This document shows, one piece after another, positions 21,701 to 33,644 of a stretch of 49,078 nucleotides of DNA (position 1 is the stretch's first letter; each line of letters begins with the position of its first letter). The position numbers and the translations under genes were made by a program. Location of the stretch: NCBI GenBank assembly GCA_900128565.1, contig LT635924.1, forward strand, positions 1 through 49,078, read 5' to 3'. The notes beneath the pieces are model-generated. The model made no database searches. It was not told where the DNA came from and was given only the letters and a program-made list of their open reading frames with translations. This stretch comes from Stramenopiles sp. TOSAG23-6. Its lineage: Eukaryota.

Positions 21701-24700
21701 CATCTTTAGCCTTCTGTAAATACAAGTTATCTATTTGGGTTGTGATGTCGATTTTACCCCCGATATTTGTTTTGTGTTTATTTAGTTCACTCATGCTTGT
21801 GTAAGGGTTTTTGCAATAATCGTCATAAGAGTCTGCTTTCATTATTATTGATGTACTTTTGCCTGCTTTCTCATCTATGTCAACCAGCGATGTGTCAATT
21901 TCACCATCGATAATTATCGACATCCGCTCAATCGTATCACTATCTTCTTGATTTGTAATGATCTTCTTTGAAGGAACGTAAACGAAGCCGATGTGCACCC
22001 ATGTCTGAAGTGGGATTGATTGTGTTGATTTTACAGAAGATACTTTCCCTGAAAACTTAAGTTGTCGAGAATTACCGTCAAGGAGACATCTCATATGAGG
22101 TTTGCTTGATCCCCAATTTCCATGTTGCCATATTATATATGTTTTATCTTTTTCAGATTTTTCAAGTCGAATCCATAATGATAGTGCAAAACCATTTGCA
22201 AGTGATGGAGGTCGAGGTACAACAATGCCTGCCATACCAGACTCCATATGTAAAAGCACTGAGACATTCTGTAACAAAATCATACCCTGGTCCTTAAGAC
22301 CTGCTTCTCCTTTATCATCAATATTACTTGTATCAGCAATATCAAAAGAAAAACGACGTTCTCTCGGTTGAAGATATCGACGTAAAGCTGAAGGAATCAT
22401 GCTAAATAAATGATGGAGATATTTTTCGTATACTTGTCCATAACTACCATGTGAATTATTTTCTAATGCCGATAATACTAATGTGCCATACACTGCTCGG
22501 GCTGACTGTAATAGTGACATCTTTTGCGAGGGCAACAATTCGGTAAGCTTCCGCTGTACAGTTTGTTGCACTGTTTCATCATCGGATTCTTCCTTTGATG
22601 ATATATTCTCTTGAGACAACTGTCTCACAAGTGCAACAGCCAATGACGTTTCGTCAATACCAAATTTTGCTTCATCTGAAGTTTCGGGTTTTTTCCAGTC
22701 TTCTTCACTCAACGTTCCGCATATTATATCAAATCGGCCCACAAATTCTTCCTTTAGAATACGACCAGATTTTGTTTTGACACATCGTTCATAAAAAAAT
22801 TTGGTCAATCTTCCACTGCTTGTACATCGAAGTACCGAAAGAATTTGAGATAATTTCAGTTTCAATTGGGCTGGTGGGGCACCGATACCATTTTTACCAG
22901 TAACACATTCAATAGCCGAACAAGTTTTATCCAATATACGACCACATAAATGTCTTAAACCGGCAATCAGCACCCCGCCCTCTCTTGTTGTAGTTAGTGG
23001 TTCTTCGCCCCATTCCTCATTCCATACATCTGCACAGAGGGATTCGCTTCCTCGATTTCCACGATCAGTACACAATTCGTATAATTCAGCAAGTCTAAGA
23101 CTCATACTATTATTGATACTATTATTGTCCATCATATTCACAAATCTAAATAATCCAGCCCATCTCCCCCCCTCGAATTGTTCTTCGTGTTGTTCCATCT
23201 CTTCAGCCTCTAGCTCAAGTCCTAAAGATAATAATTGTAATAACTTGTCTAAAAGACCCTCTTGCCCTAGCTTTGATTGCTCGTCTGGTGGAAATTCTAA
23301 ACACAATGCATCTAAGGCTAACAATTGCAATGCCGTTGTTGTACCAAATTCGGAACCTTTAGAGGCCAAACTTTTATTCAAAGGCTCAACACCAATTAGT
23401 TGAAGCATAGGTTCGAAAAATTTTCTACTTGCCTGTTGTAGTTGCATAGCAGCGCTGGGACCACATCCTTGAAGGTTATCCATTACTGAAGCAACAACCA
23501 TATGGGGTTTCCCATCCTGTTCACCCTTATCACCACGAAATGCATTCGCAGCATGTCTAAGTAATTCCAAGGCAGCTCTATGAGCAGGTCCATTGACCCC
23601 GGATCTCAACGAAACTAATGCAGACCCTGAGTCCGACGAACATGCATTTAATAGTAACAACAATGCGTCAAGGCCACGAGCACGCAATCGTGCTCGATGG
23701 CGCCGTTGTTGCAAACAAAACTCCAAGGAAGAAACAGATAAAGATGATGTAGCAAAACGCAGGACCAGAGAAGCGGGTGATGCAACACCAACAACATTGT
23801 CATTTTCCAGGGAATGCTGCCCACGAAGCATTTGAAATCTGAAATTAATGACACGCCTCAATTTCGAAAGTTCATCAACGTTATTATCATCTACTGTACT
23901 TGTATCATCATCACTAATACTATTCGTTGATTCCCGTCGAATTTTGTTTGTCTGTTCAGCGATTTGATTCAATTGATGTTGAAACGAACGAATTTGCTTT
24001 CCAAAGACAAGGGGTTGCTGCATTCTAAGTAGAAACATTGCCCTCTCTAGAACTTCTTCTGCAATTTCGGCAAATGATTTGTCTTCAAGCCGTTCGGTTT
24101 CAATAAACCATCTTCGCTTGGCTGTAACAACTTTCCACACATAGTTAAGTTCCATAGGAGGTTTATCCCAGTACCGACGGGGTGAAGTTTTCGGTCCTGA
24201 CTTGGCATTTTTCCATGCTATTGATTGAGCTATTGCAATATCTACAAGTCCCTCATGAACCAACGCAGATAGAAACATGACACGAATGGCTTTGTCAACA
24301 GCAACACCGCCCTTTTTAGCAAAAACACGAAGTTGAAAACTTTGCCGTGTATGCTTCTTTAAACCCTGAATTAAAACACATGCTTGAGAATTGATAACTT
24401 CTTTAAAAAATTCATTCACTTCATCTAAACCAGTTTTACTTCGTGAAAGTATTGGCTTCATTCGTGCTGGGGGATTTGGTGGAATGATAATACTAGAAGG
24501 TAATGTATATTTCTTCGTTTCTTCACTTTCTTTTAGCTTAGTCGCGTCAATTTTTATTTCATTTTCAAATGAGATTTGTTTTGCATCCTTCTTTTCCAAA
24601 TGATCGGTGAAAGAGCCAAAAATGAGAGGCGGGCCTAATTCACCAGTGAATATTTCCGTTTTAAGCCAAAATGAAAATTTTTGTTCAAGTTTGTTCACAC

Positions 24701-27700
24701 AAGGACCATCCAGTAAAGTTCTCGCACAGCGACCAGAAATCCATGCAAGTGTGATATGTAATTCACGTACAATGGTCCAAGCCCGTGCTGTTTCGGAATG
24801 AATGCTTAGATCTTGCATAGCTGCTTCCATTGCAGCCTGTGCCATTGCTTGTGCTCTTCTTGTTGCTGGAGATTCTTTGTTTATTGGTGATCGAACTATT
24901 ATCTGTGCAGCAAATACAGTCGTCCCCTTTTCATTATGACTTGCAGAGTATCTGCGGTAAGTGATTATATCGCCTTCTTTTGGAGGCCATGTTACAGGTG
25001 CATCTTGAGGACAATACCATGCAGCTCTTCCTATCACGTCATTCCCTGGTAAGCGCACTGATATATTAATATTTCCTTTCGGGTTATAAAAACCAATATA
25101 GTTTCCAGAAGTTATAGATATAAAAGGTTCTTTCAATTTCAAGTTAAGGCGACCCGTTGGGTAAACAAATGAACTACCATCTGCATTTTGCCCTGTTACT
25201 AGTGCCTCTGGCAAATGTACTTCTTTACATGCTTTGATAGTAAATTTCTTCGTCTCTCCGTCTACCAATTGAGCAGTATATATCATTATCGAGCTTGGAT
25301 TCCCTACAGGAGCTTTTTCAAAGCGGATAAATACATCTGTAATCACACCTGACTTTTCTGCGGGGAAATCCAGTATAAGATGACCAGTTCCCCATGCGGA
25401 TGTAGTAGCAAATATATCCGGGCCAACACGGCATAATATTTCATCTTTTCCTGTGATCGAACCCATTACATCTACAGCGATCGGCGCTCCACCGCTAGCT
25501 TCAAGATCCAGAAGACCACTTTCAGGCATTTCTTTAACAAGTTCACCACATGTAGCGAAAAGTTCACTTAATGGGCCCAATAGTTGCTCCGACAGCTGAC
25601 ATCTACATGCGAATGCTGACAGGGCTGTAAATAGTGGTAACGTTATTGATGAAATAATCGATGGTGAATCTGTAATATTCTGAACAATAGTTGCGCGAAT
25701 TTCTTGGAGGTGTTGTTTCGACGATCGTAATGATTCAATGCCAGAAATTGCCTCACATAGTAGATCTCGCGCTGCATTTGCACATCGAATAGCATGTGAC
25801 AAAATAATGCGACAAGCATGTGACATGGGTTGTTTAGTTCCACTTTGACTTTTCTCAAACCCTTCCAAAGTACAGCAGCACAAAACTTGGACTTGAATAG
25901 CGCCAAGGGACAACAATGCAGACTTTTCAATATCATCATATTCTAATTTTGGGGATTTACCTTCCTGAATATATTTTAGAGTCCTCAATAAACGTAATTG
26001 TGCACCCTGTAAAGTTCGCGATAGAAGTGATTGAAGTAAATGATTCAAAACACAAGCATCGGGGTTATGCTGTCGTGGGGTAATTGTCTTTCCTGCTTCA
26101 TTATTTTGGTCGAACTTTTTATTTTCATCTATGATTAATTCGATTACTAGCTTACGTGCGGTTGATAGCTTCGTAAAGCACTGCAGCAAACTTGAAAGTA
26201 AAATATTTGCACTTTCTCTATTGCTTACAATTTGAATTGTATCAGATAGAAGCTCTCCTTGTTCGGCTGCCGTTGGATAAAACAAATCGAGGCCTGCGGA
26301 AATTACCGTACACGCTTCCGTTCGAACTTTTTCCCATGGTTCTTTTGCTTCAGTAGGTTTTGACTTTATGATACGGATTATTTCTTTCCGCAATTCAATA
26401 ACTAAATTAGACCCATATATTATATTTATTCCAGCAGATAAAGCTGAGCGTCTTACACTATCAGATAGCTGCAAAGATTCAACTGGATGTCGACTCATAA
26501 TAAGTTGATGTATTTTGGAAAAATATTTAAAAAAAAAATTGTTAGGTACAAATTTCGTACGAAAAAAAAATCGAATTTGAAAAAAAATAAAACATACATG
26601 TACGTGGACCTTTAGCAATTGAAGACACGAGAGTACTATATAGAAGTTACCTTCATCGGTTGCTAAATTGTCTTTCAACAAAATCAATAATTGGAAGAAA
26701 GTATCACCTGATAGATCATATCCAAGAGGTACAGATAGGAGGCTTGTCCTTTTCGACTCTTGGTCAACTTCTAAAACTCCAGAAGGACCGAATGCTTCAG
26801 ATAATTGAACTAGTCGCGCAAGAAGTGCAAATCCAGAATCAGCAAGAGAAATGCATTCACTCCCTGTAACAGACGTAATGACATGTTTGGATCCCTTAAA
26901 TACGAGATTTGATCGTTCATGCTTAGTTAACATCGAAGGAGGTTTAATTTGAACTGAATTATTAAAACATGCTGAATTATCCCCTATTGTTTCTAATATT
27001 GGAATTCGCCCAATGGGCGTTCCTGCATTTGAATATCGTTCAAGCAGAAGCTTTTCACACACTGTATTACTGTTTGAGGAAACTCTACTCATACGCCATA
27101 CGCTATTACCATTCCAATCATAACAAACACCAGCCCCTTCGAGTCCATTTGTTGGCCCTGATTGAATACAATAACTACTTAAAAGTCTCCCACTCACCAA
27201 GCAAAATACATAACAAACATTCCATATATTTTCTCCAATATCATGTGAAGCGGGTACTATGACAAGTTCATGCCCATTTGTAAACATTGTAGAGCTTTGC
27301 GTCCAATCCTTATCAATAAAATTGAGTTGACTCAATGGGGCGCTTTTCCTATGTGGCATCTCTCGTATAGCAATTGCAGATACACATGGCCGAAGTCCTT
27401 CAAACTCTATGCACATTGAAATGTTTTCTCGTTTACTTTTTTTCACAATGTCGGTATACCGTTTAATATCAAAACAAACTGGAAAATGATATTCAACAGA
27501 TTTAAATTTCCCTCCTAATTCTTGAAATGGCCTAAAGTTTGCCATAACTGTGCACCCATCAATAACTACATTAAATCGACGCTCAGTGCTATCAAATGTA
27601 CAAAAACTAACTGTGACCATAAAGTAGCATGTATCTGCCGTACCCCTATGACTCGGGGTTTCTATTGGAATGTCATACTGAAATTTCATTGTATGTGATC

Positions 27701-30071
27701 GAAGATGCCGAAAGAGTTCTTCATCTGCGGTACCATCAATTGACTTGTCTACTTTGCACTTAATGCGATCCTGGGCCCGAAATGGCGTTTTTGCATCACA
27801 CGAAAAAAAGCGATCTGAAGAGAATTCAATCCCAGTAGATGAACAGTAACCTGGCCCACCGCAATTTACTGCATTGATTAATCTAAATTCCTTCATTTCA
27901 GATGTACTTGGACCTTGGCATCCTCTACCCCCTTTCACGGAATGCTCAGCACCCTCAAAGGATTTCAAGGTAACACTTCGTAACCACCCATTATTTTTAT
28001 CACAACATATCAGTTGTTTGCAAAATTTAGCATCGTAAATGTCAATGATTGTCTCCTCACGTTTTGTATCATTGTCACTGCGTTTTCTGAAGCTATATAA
28101 AAATTGCCCATCTGAAATTAATGGCGGAGGAGCTTTCATAAATTCTATTTTCTTCACTTGAGGCTTTTCTAATTTAGCATAAGTGGATGTGTCACTTTGT
28201 AGATTTGTGGATAATGGCTTACAATTAAAACAAAGATCAAAACCTAATTCCGCATTAAACCAGCGACTCGTGCCAGGTTCATAGCTAATACCACAATGAT
28301 CACAGAAGAAACCGCCCATGTAAGGACCATCAGCATACTCAGATATTTCTAAATCCATATGCGCATATTGTTCTAATTGATCTTCTCCTGCATCTTGACC
28401 TTGATCATCTTGAGTATTCTCATCTTCAGATATATGATCTTCATCTCTTTCTAATTCTACTTTTGTCTCTTTCATAATTTCTATTTTTTCTTCTACTAAA
28501 TCATTACATACTCCCCCGAAATGCGAACGTACTAGTTCTAAAGTACTACACTTTACTACATCTAATCTACATTCTACATTTGATGGCGACGATGCTATTA
28601 ATCGTCGTAAGAATAAAAAACCACCAGCACACACTAATCGACACCCCAACACCCCTGAATATTGTATTGAAGAATATGTTTCATCTCTTTTACTATCAGT
28701 ATCAGTAGCAGCAGATGAAACTACTAAAAGCTTAGGAGAATGGACATATAATTTGCCTGCGACAGTACCACTACCTGGCGAACCCGTTCCAATCTTTAGC
28801 AATCCAAACTCCGAAGTATATACAAAGATATAATATCCATCTGTTGCTATCGTAATCCTGGATTTAATCTCAGAATGAATTACCTTTACAGGAATTACAA
28901 GAGGCCATGACCCTCTAGCATGTGATGGACCTAAACTTCGCAAATAATGAGTGTATCGAAAACGCCGAAGAGCAGTTAACGATTTGAAATGAAGCTCAGA
29001 ACTCCTAGCTTTATCCGAATTACGAAATTCAATTACATTATTTTCCCACTGGAGGATTGGTCTTACAACAGCGAGTATACCACTAACAGAACCTCGAGCA
29101 ACTGCGATCGATACCAACAAATCCAATAAATTGGATACACTGATTGGGGCTTTATAAAAATCATTTTGTTTACTACTACTAAAGTTATTTGGTTGCTTAT
29201 TTTGAGGCAGCAAGACACCAGACAACTTTAACAAAGATGACGCTAAGTCTCCAATACTATTTATAATTACTGGTGACAAAGGAGGGCCGCAACATATTGA
29301 TAATGGCTCCAAACAATTTCCTAAAGATGACTGGAGTATTTCTACAACTTCGTCAAATATATCAGGTTCATGACGCGACGCACATTTTAGAAGTACAACA
29401 GCCATACGAAGACCAGCGGTGACACAGGAAGATAAAATAGTTTCATTTGAGAATGTTTCTTTACTACCATTCATTCGAATAAGAGAGACGGAATCATTAT
29501 TTAGCGTTGCTATTCCACCCGCGTTAACATCCGATTTCTTTGAATTTTTTGAGTCATTGCTCTCATGATAATATGTGCGCTGAGCCTCGCGATGCAATGA
29601 CCTCTGTGCTTGACGTAAAACTCTCAAGCGCGTTTCTAAAGTAGGTGCAAATGCAACGGGTCCTCTAGCAGTAGACGATAAAGAAGATACCCTTCGTAAA
29701 TATGCGTTTGCTGCTCCACGTTTTCCTACTTGGTCACCTCGCATAACAACAGCGGTAACAAGAGTTTCTATTTCTGCTGCTTCAATGGAAGCATTACTAT
29801 TCACCTCAACTTTTACTAAGTAGCCGGGCTTAAATGAATCTAAATTTCCTGCTAGTCGCTCACTAGCTTCACATGCAGGAAGTAGTTGAGATAATAATCC
29901 GACGTTGAATAGGTCATCAGGGGACTCAACAAGGGAAAGCCATTGCTGATCATCTCGTATTGTTTTCTGAAGTTCCTCTGGGTCTGTTTCTAAAAGTGAC
30001 GTATCATGAAGCAATGATTGCTCTTCTTTTTTTAGACTTGGAGATCTTACTACAGAAATACGATTTCCCAT
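9768..30071 (-). CDS. Giant HECT E3 ubiquitin ligase (~6675 aa; ZZ-like finger, malectin-like, LamG, SPRY, UBA-like and HECT domains), spliced
   Basis: Exons 30071-26598, 26507-20351, 20256-13961, 13868-9768 join three ORFs in frame. HECT motifs VKFEGESAIDQGGPFRD, FLRFCWGRGRLP and LPSAHTCFFQIDLPKY; SPRY motifs such as GDIIGCFLDCDNGRIVFYKNG; LamG motifs such as WHHIAV..FYVDG. The first ATG gives MGNRIS. Confidence 0.88.
13869..13960 (-). other. Non-canonical intron GT-AT, 92 nt, phase 0
   Basis: Minus strand gat|gtacgtttta...cacaatacat|gca; joins ORF 13946-20233 to ORF 9768-13892. Confidence 0.87.
20257..20350 (-). other. Non-canonical intron GT-AT, 94 nt, phase 1 (diverged copy)
   Basis: Minus strand cagt|gttcgttttcat...ttttgtggctaac...ctcgaacat|gt; joins ORF 20334-30077 to ORF 13946-20233. 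Confidence 0.8.
26508..26597 (-). other. Non-canonical intron GT-AT, 90 nt, phase 0, in frame with no stop
   Basis: Minus strand cat|gtatgtttt...cgtacgaaatttgtacctaac...ccaaaatacat|caa; read through in the ORF track as VCFIFFQIRFFFRTKFVPNNFFFKYFSKIH. Confidence 0.82.
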
Positions 30072-30361
30072 AGTCAACCCCTCGAAAGGAATTTATAAAA
30101 AAGGTTTGGACACACTCTCTCTGTCTCTTGGAAAGTGAGACGCGGCCGTTATATCTCTCTCAACGGTTGTTTTTTGCAAAATTATAAATTCCAAATTCAT
30201 CGAAGTCATTCCCGATTCGAACGATTCGAAGTTGATTGATGTCAAAACACTCGTAACTCGTACTCGTGTGTCGTGATGAAGCACTCTGAGAGTCCTGTTT
30301 ACTACAAAATAAAACACACTGGTCAGCATTAGTCCATTTGTTCCCCCGTTAAATTAAAACA

Positions 30362-31012
30362 ATGACAGATTATTATAGCACTTTAGGGGTGGCAAAGACT
30401 GCGACTGATCGAGAAATAAAAAAGGCTTTTAGAAAGCTCGCTCTAGCTCACCACCCTGACAAAGGTGGCGATCCAGAAATGTTCAAAAAAATAAGTGAAG
30501 CGTTTGCAACCCTCAGTGATGTTGACAAGAAACGCGAGTATGATAGATATGGTGCAAAGTCATCACGTGGTGTTGGCAATAGTAGAGGGTTTCGTCAAGC
30601 TGATGCGGATGAATTGTTCCGTCAATTTTTTGGCAACCAAAGTGGTGCTAGTGGGATACATGTGCAGAGAGGAGGGTTTACCTTTGTATCAGGTGGACCT
30701 GAGATGTTTTTCGGTAGTAATATTAGAGGGAGCCCTTTTTTTAGAATGTCACAGCATAATCGGAGAAGACGTGGTTCAACAGAGTCTTCGAGTGCAGCTG
30801 CGACAAACAGAGAAACATTTCGACACGCTCAAAACCGTCAAAGTAGTCCAATTTTAGTTTTTTTAAAAGTGTGTGGAATGTTATGTTGCCCCCCAGGTTT
30901 ATTTTGTTATACTTTATGTTTCATAATGTTGTATTGGCTGGGATTTATGTCTTACCTATTTCCGTCGCCATCGGCTGATGCTAAAAACGACGAGATTGTT
31001 TGGGAATTGTAA
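30362..31012 (+). CDS. DnaJ-domain protein with G/F-rich region and C-terminal hydrophobic segment
   Basis: J domain with HPD (LAHHPDKGGD); Cys-rich hydrophobic C-terminus. Confidence 0.9.
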   Translation: MTDYYSTLGVAKTATDREIKKAFRKLALAHHPDKGGDPEMFKKISEAFATLSDVDKKREYDRYGAKSSRGVGNSRGFRQADADELFRQFFGNQSGASGIHVQRGGFTFVSGGPEMFFGSNIRGSPFFRMSQHNRRRRGSTESSSAAATNRETFRHAQNRQSSPILVFLKVCGMLCCPPGLFCYTLCFIMLYWLGFMSYLFPSPSADAKNDEIVWEL

Positions 31013-31285
31013 TTTCCTACTAAAATATGTCAAAATTTTGATTTTGTTTTGTTACGTACAAAATTTTCTACCAAAAAAAAAAAATGTAGATGAAAATGAA
31101 GTGATGGCTAGCTAAATAGAGTTCTAGTATAGATTTCCTACTATAATTAAATACAATTTAACCAATACAAATCTAATTTATAACACAATAGTGAATTAAT
31201 ATAAAATAATAATTTAAATTTCTCACATCATTTGAAAATCAATTTACTACAAAATTCCATACCTAACAAATTTCAAAAGTCTTTA

Positions 31286-32539
31286 TTACCCCCATTTTTT
31301 ATTCCTTGAAGATTTCTGCCTTGTATCAGAATAAGCACCACTTTCTCCAACAATCACAGTTTTACTGACTCGACGTCCATCGTCAGATTTTTTACGATCA
31401 TCAACGACATTTTGTATTGTGAAAAAATATATATTTTTTTGTTAGTAAAAAAAATCGTTAGGTACAAAATTTGGTACGAAAAAAAAATAAAATTTTGATG
31501 AAAAAAGTACGCTATCTCCTCTAGTAGCTTGTGCGACAGTCTCGGCCGCAATTTGAAGTGCCTCCCTCAAAGTCTCAACTTCATTCTTGTATCTTTGCAT
31601 CATCGTTTCGACATGTTTTCTTGCCTCATCCTCCTTTTGGACATTTTGCATCCTCTGCTCAAGTAGAAGTTGTACTTCAGCAACTTTTTCATTGGAAACA
31701 TCAAGCATAATTTGTGAACAAATATTTTTTTTGTTTTTTTTTTGTTAGGTACGGAATTTCGTACGAAAAAAAATAAATTCGAAATTGAAAAAAATAAAAC
31801 ATACATAATTTGAAGTTCTGTACACTTTGCTCTACTCGTAGCTAAAATTCGCCAAAAAAATTCGCAGACCTCGCCACAAGCGTAATATTCCAAGCATTCT
31901 TAGACTGATACTATATCCATGAGAGTGTTGATATAATGAGATACTAATAATTGCCATATCAGTAAAGTAACCAAGGTGAAGAAATACACGAAATCCAAAA
32001 CAAACACATAAGAGTGACAATTCTGTCACAAATATACACTGTGTTATATGCAGGACAATAGACACAATTAACTGTAGATTAATAAAATCAGGAGTAGACA
32101 ATCCAAAGCGTATACCAGAGACCATTAAAAGTGATATGACAACTGCGCATATGTCTACAATTGTGACAACAACTAAAAAAAGTTGCATGAGTGTCGTTTC
32201 TAATGAGCTTCCTATAATGTATCGAAGGCTTAGTCCAGAAGAAGCATGCTTATGAGTTGATTCTTTCTCTGTCACATTTTTCATTTTATCTGAGTGAGTA
32301 GAGGATTTTTTTTTCCGCTGCCTTAGTTCTGATCCTTTTATCTCATCATGATCAGATTCGATATCTTCGTTTTCAACTTCTTCGTCATCTGCTTCTTCAC
32401 CTAATTTATCTTCGTTTTCTACTGTTGCATCATCCAATGAGTTCTTTAATTTCCTTTGCTTCTCATCGCGCTTTCTTTTCGCATCCCATTGACTATAATC
32501 CAATTCGCGCCCATCATTCATCAAATCCTCATCAACCAT
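31286..32539 (-). CDS. Hv1-like voltage-sensing-domain protein with C-terminal coiled coil (spliced; 1-nt frameshift in an A7 run)
   Basis: S1 Asp (VVTIVDICAV), S2 F..E, S3 Asp and S4 LRLWRGLRIF. Exons 32539-31805, 31706-31511, 31411-31286; needs one A removed at 31854-31860. Confidence 0.7.
31412..31510 (-). other. Non-canonical intron GT-AA, 99 nt, phase 0
   Basis: Minus strand agc|gtactttttt...cgtaccaaattttgtacctaac...cacaatacaa|aat; the 3' end is set by alignment to the family, and the next exon is open to TAA at 31288-31286. Confidence 0.7.
31707..31804 (-). other. Non-canonical intron GT-AT, 98 nt, phase 2
   Basis: Minus strand at|gtatgtttt...cacaaattat|g; gives ELQIM-LDVSNEK. Confidence 0.8.
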
Positions 32540-32805
32540 CAGATGTAAAACCGTAGATACAAAAGATTACTTAAAAACAAAAGTCTAACATTACTTGAAA
32601 GGGAAAAAAAAACTTACCTACCAAAAAAATACTAAAATAACGGACACACGAAATCCATAAAAATTTAAAAATGTCAAACATCAAGAAAAAAGAACTGCAC
32701 AATGAATCACTCTTTACATATGGTGTTTCTTTTTCATGCGAGAAGGATCAACTAAAATTTTCCAAGTAATGATGAATCACTTGATCTAAAATATTATATT
32801 ACGAC

Positions 32806-33489
32806 ATGACAATTACCCTTGCAAACAGCAACGCTAGTAATGAATCTTTCAGGAATGATAGACTCATCAGTATAGATGACGTACACTGCAGTTTAGCAAC
32901 TCTACTGCAGTGGCGTTTTATCAACTGTACGGCTGAGAGAGCCTTTGCTGCACAAAAAGCAAGAGCTAAAGCTGATCTAGTAGCACTATGGCACCACACA
33001 GAAGCTCGACGACACCGGTTAGCTCAGCTTCGTATGCGAATTGCACAACGACGACAAAAAAAAATATCAGAGTTACATCAGTCTTCCAGGCGCATGGAAA
33101 AAGTTAAGACAGAAACGTTTATCCCGACTCACGAAAAATTGTTAGATACATTAAAATATGAGAAAATAAAGAATCAAAGTTTTTTGAATTCAAAATTTAA
33201 AAAAAGACATCAGAATAAAGCAAATGATAATGCAGTAGATTACTCAAGTTTTCAAAATGCTTTGAGAGTTGTATCTACTGCTGTTGAAAAGTATAAAATA
33301 AACCAAGATTTTGCGAATGAAGGAAATGAAGAAAATGAATTAAGGTTAGGGTTCGAAGTAAATAAGTTGAGTGATTTGCTCAAAGAAAGAACAACTAAGT
33401 ATATTTCTCAGAAGAATCAAATAACAAACTTAATTTGTGAAGAGTTTGAGCAGTTTGATTTTGCTGTAAACAATATGGTCAAAGTGTGA
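32806..33489 (+). CDS. QWRF/augmin subunit 8 (HAUS8)-like coiled-coil protein
   Basis: LLQWRFINCTAERAFAAQKARA..L..LW resembles the QWRF motif region. Confidence 0.6.
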   Translation: MTITLANSNASNESFRNDRLISIDDVHCSLATLLQWRFINCTAERAFAAQKARAKADLVALWHHTEARRHRLAQLRMRIAQRRQKKISELHQSSRRMEKVKTETFIPTHEKLLDTLKYEKIKNQSFLNSKFKKRHQNKANDNAVDYSSFQNALRVVSTAVEKYKINQDFANEGNEENELRLGFEVNKLSDLLKERTTKYISQKNQITNLICEEFEQFDFAVNNMVKV

Positions 33490-33644
33490 AAAATAAATAT
33501 TTTAAATTACGAAATTTAGTACCAGGTACCGCTACTAAGCGAAGGGTCTAGAGAGTCAGTGTTTTTTTTTCAACAATGTCTTTTTGGGCGGGCTACCGTA
33601 TATATTTTACCTAAGCGAGCGTTGTGGATGTTGTATTGAATAAA

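Noticed and set aside
9768-30077. Three separate large genes or a pseudogene
   Set aside because: The ORF breaks coincide exactly with family introns, and the frames join on removal.
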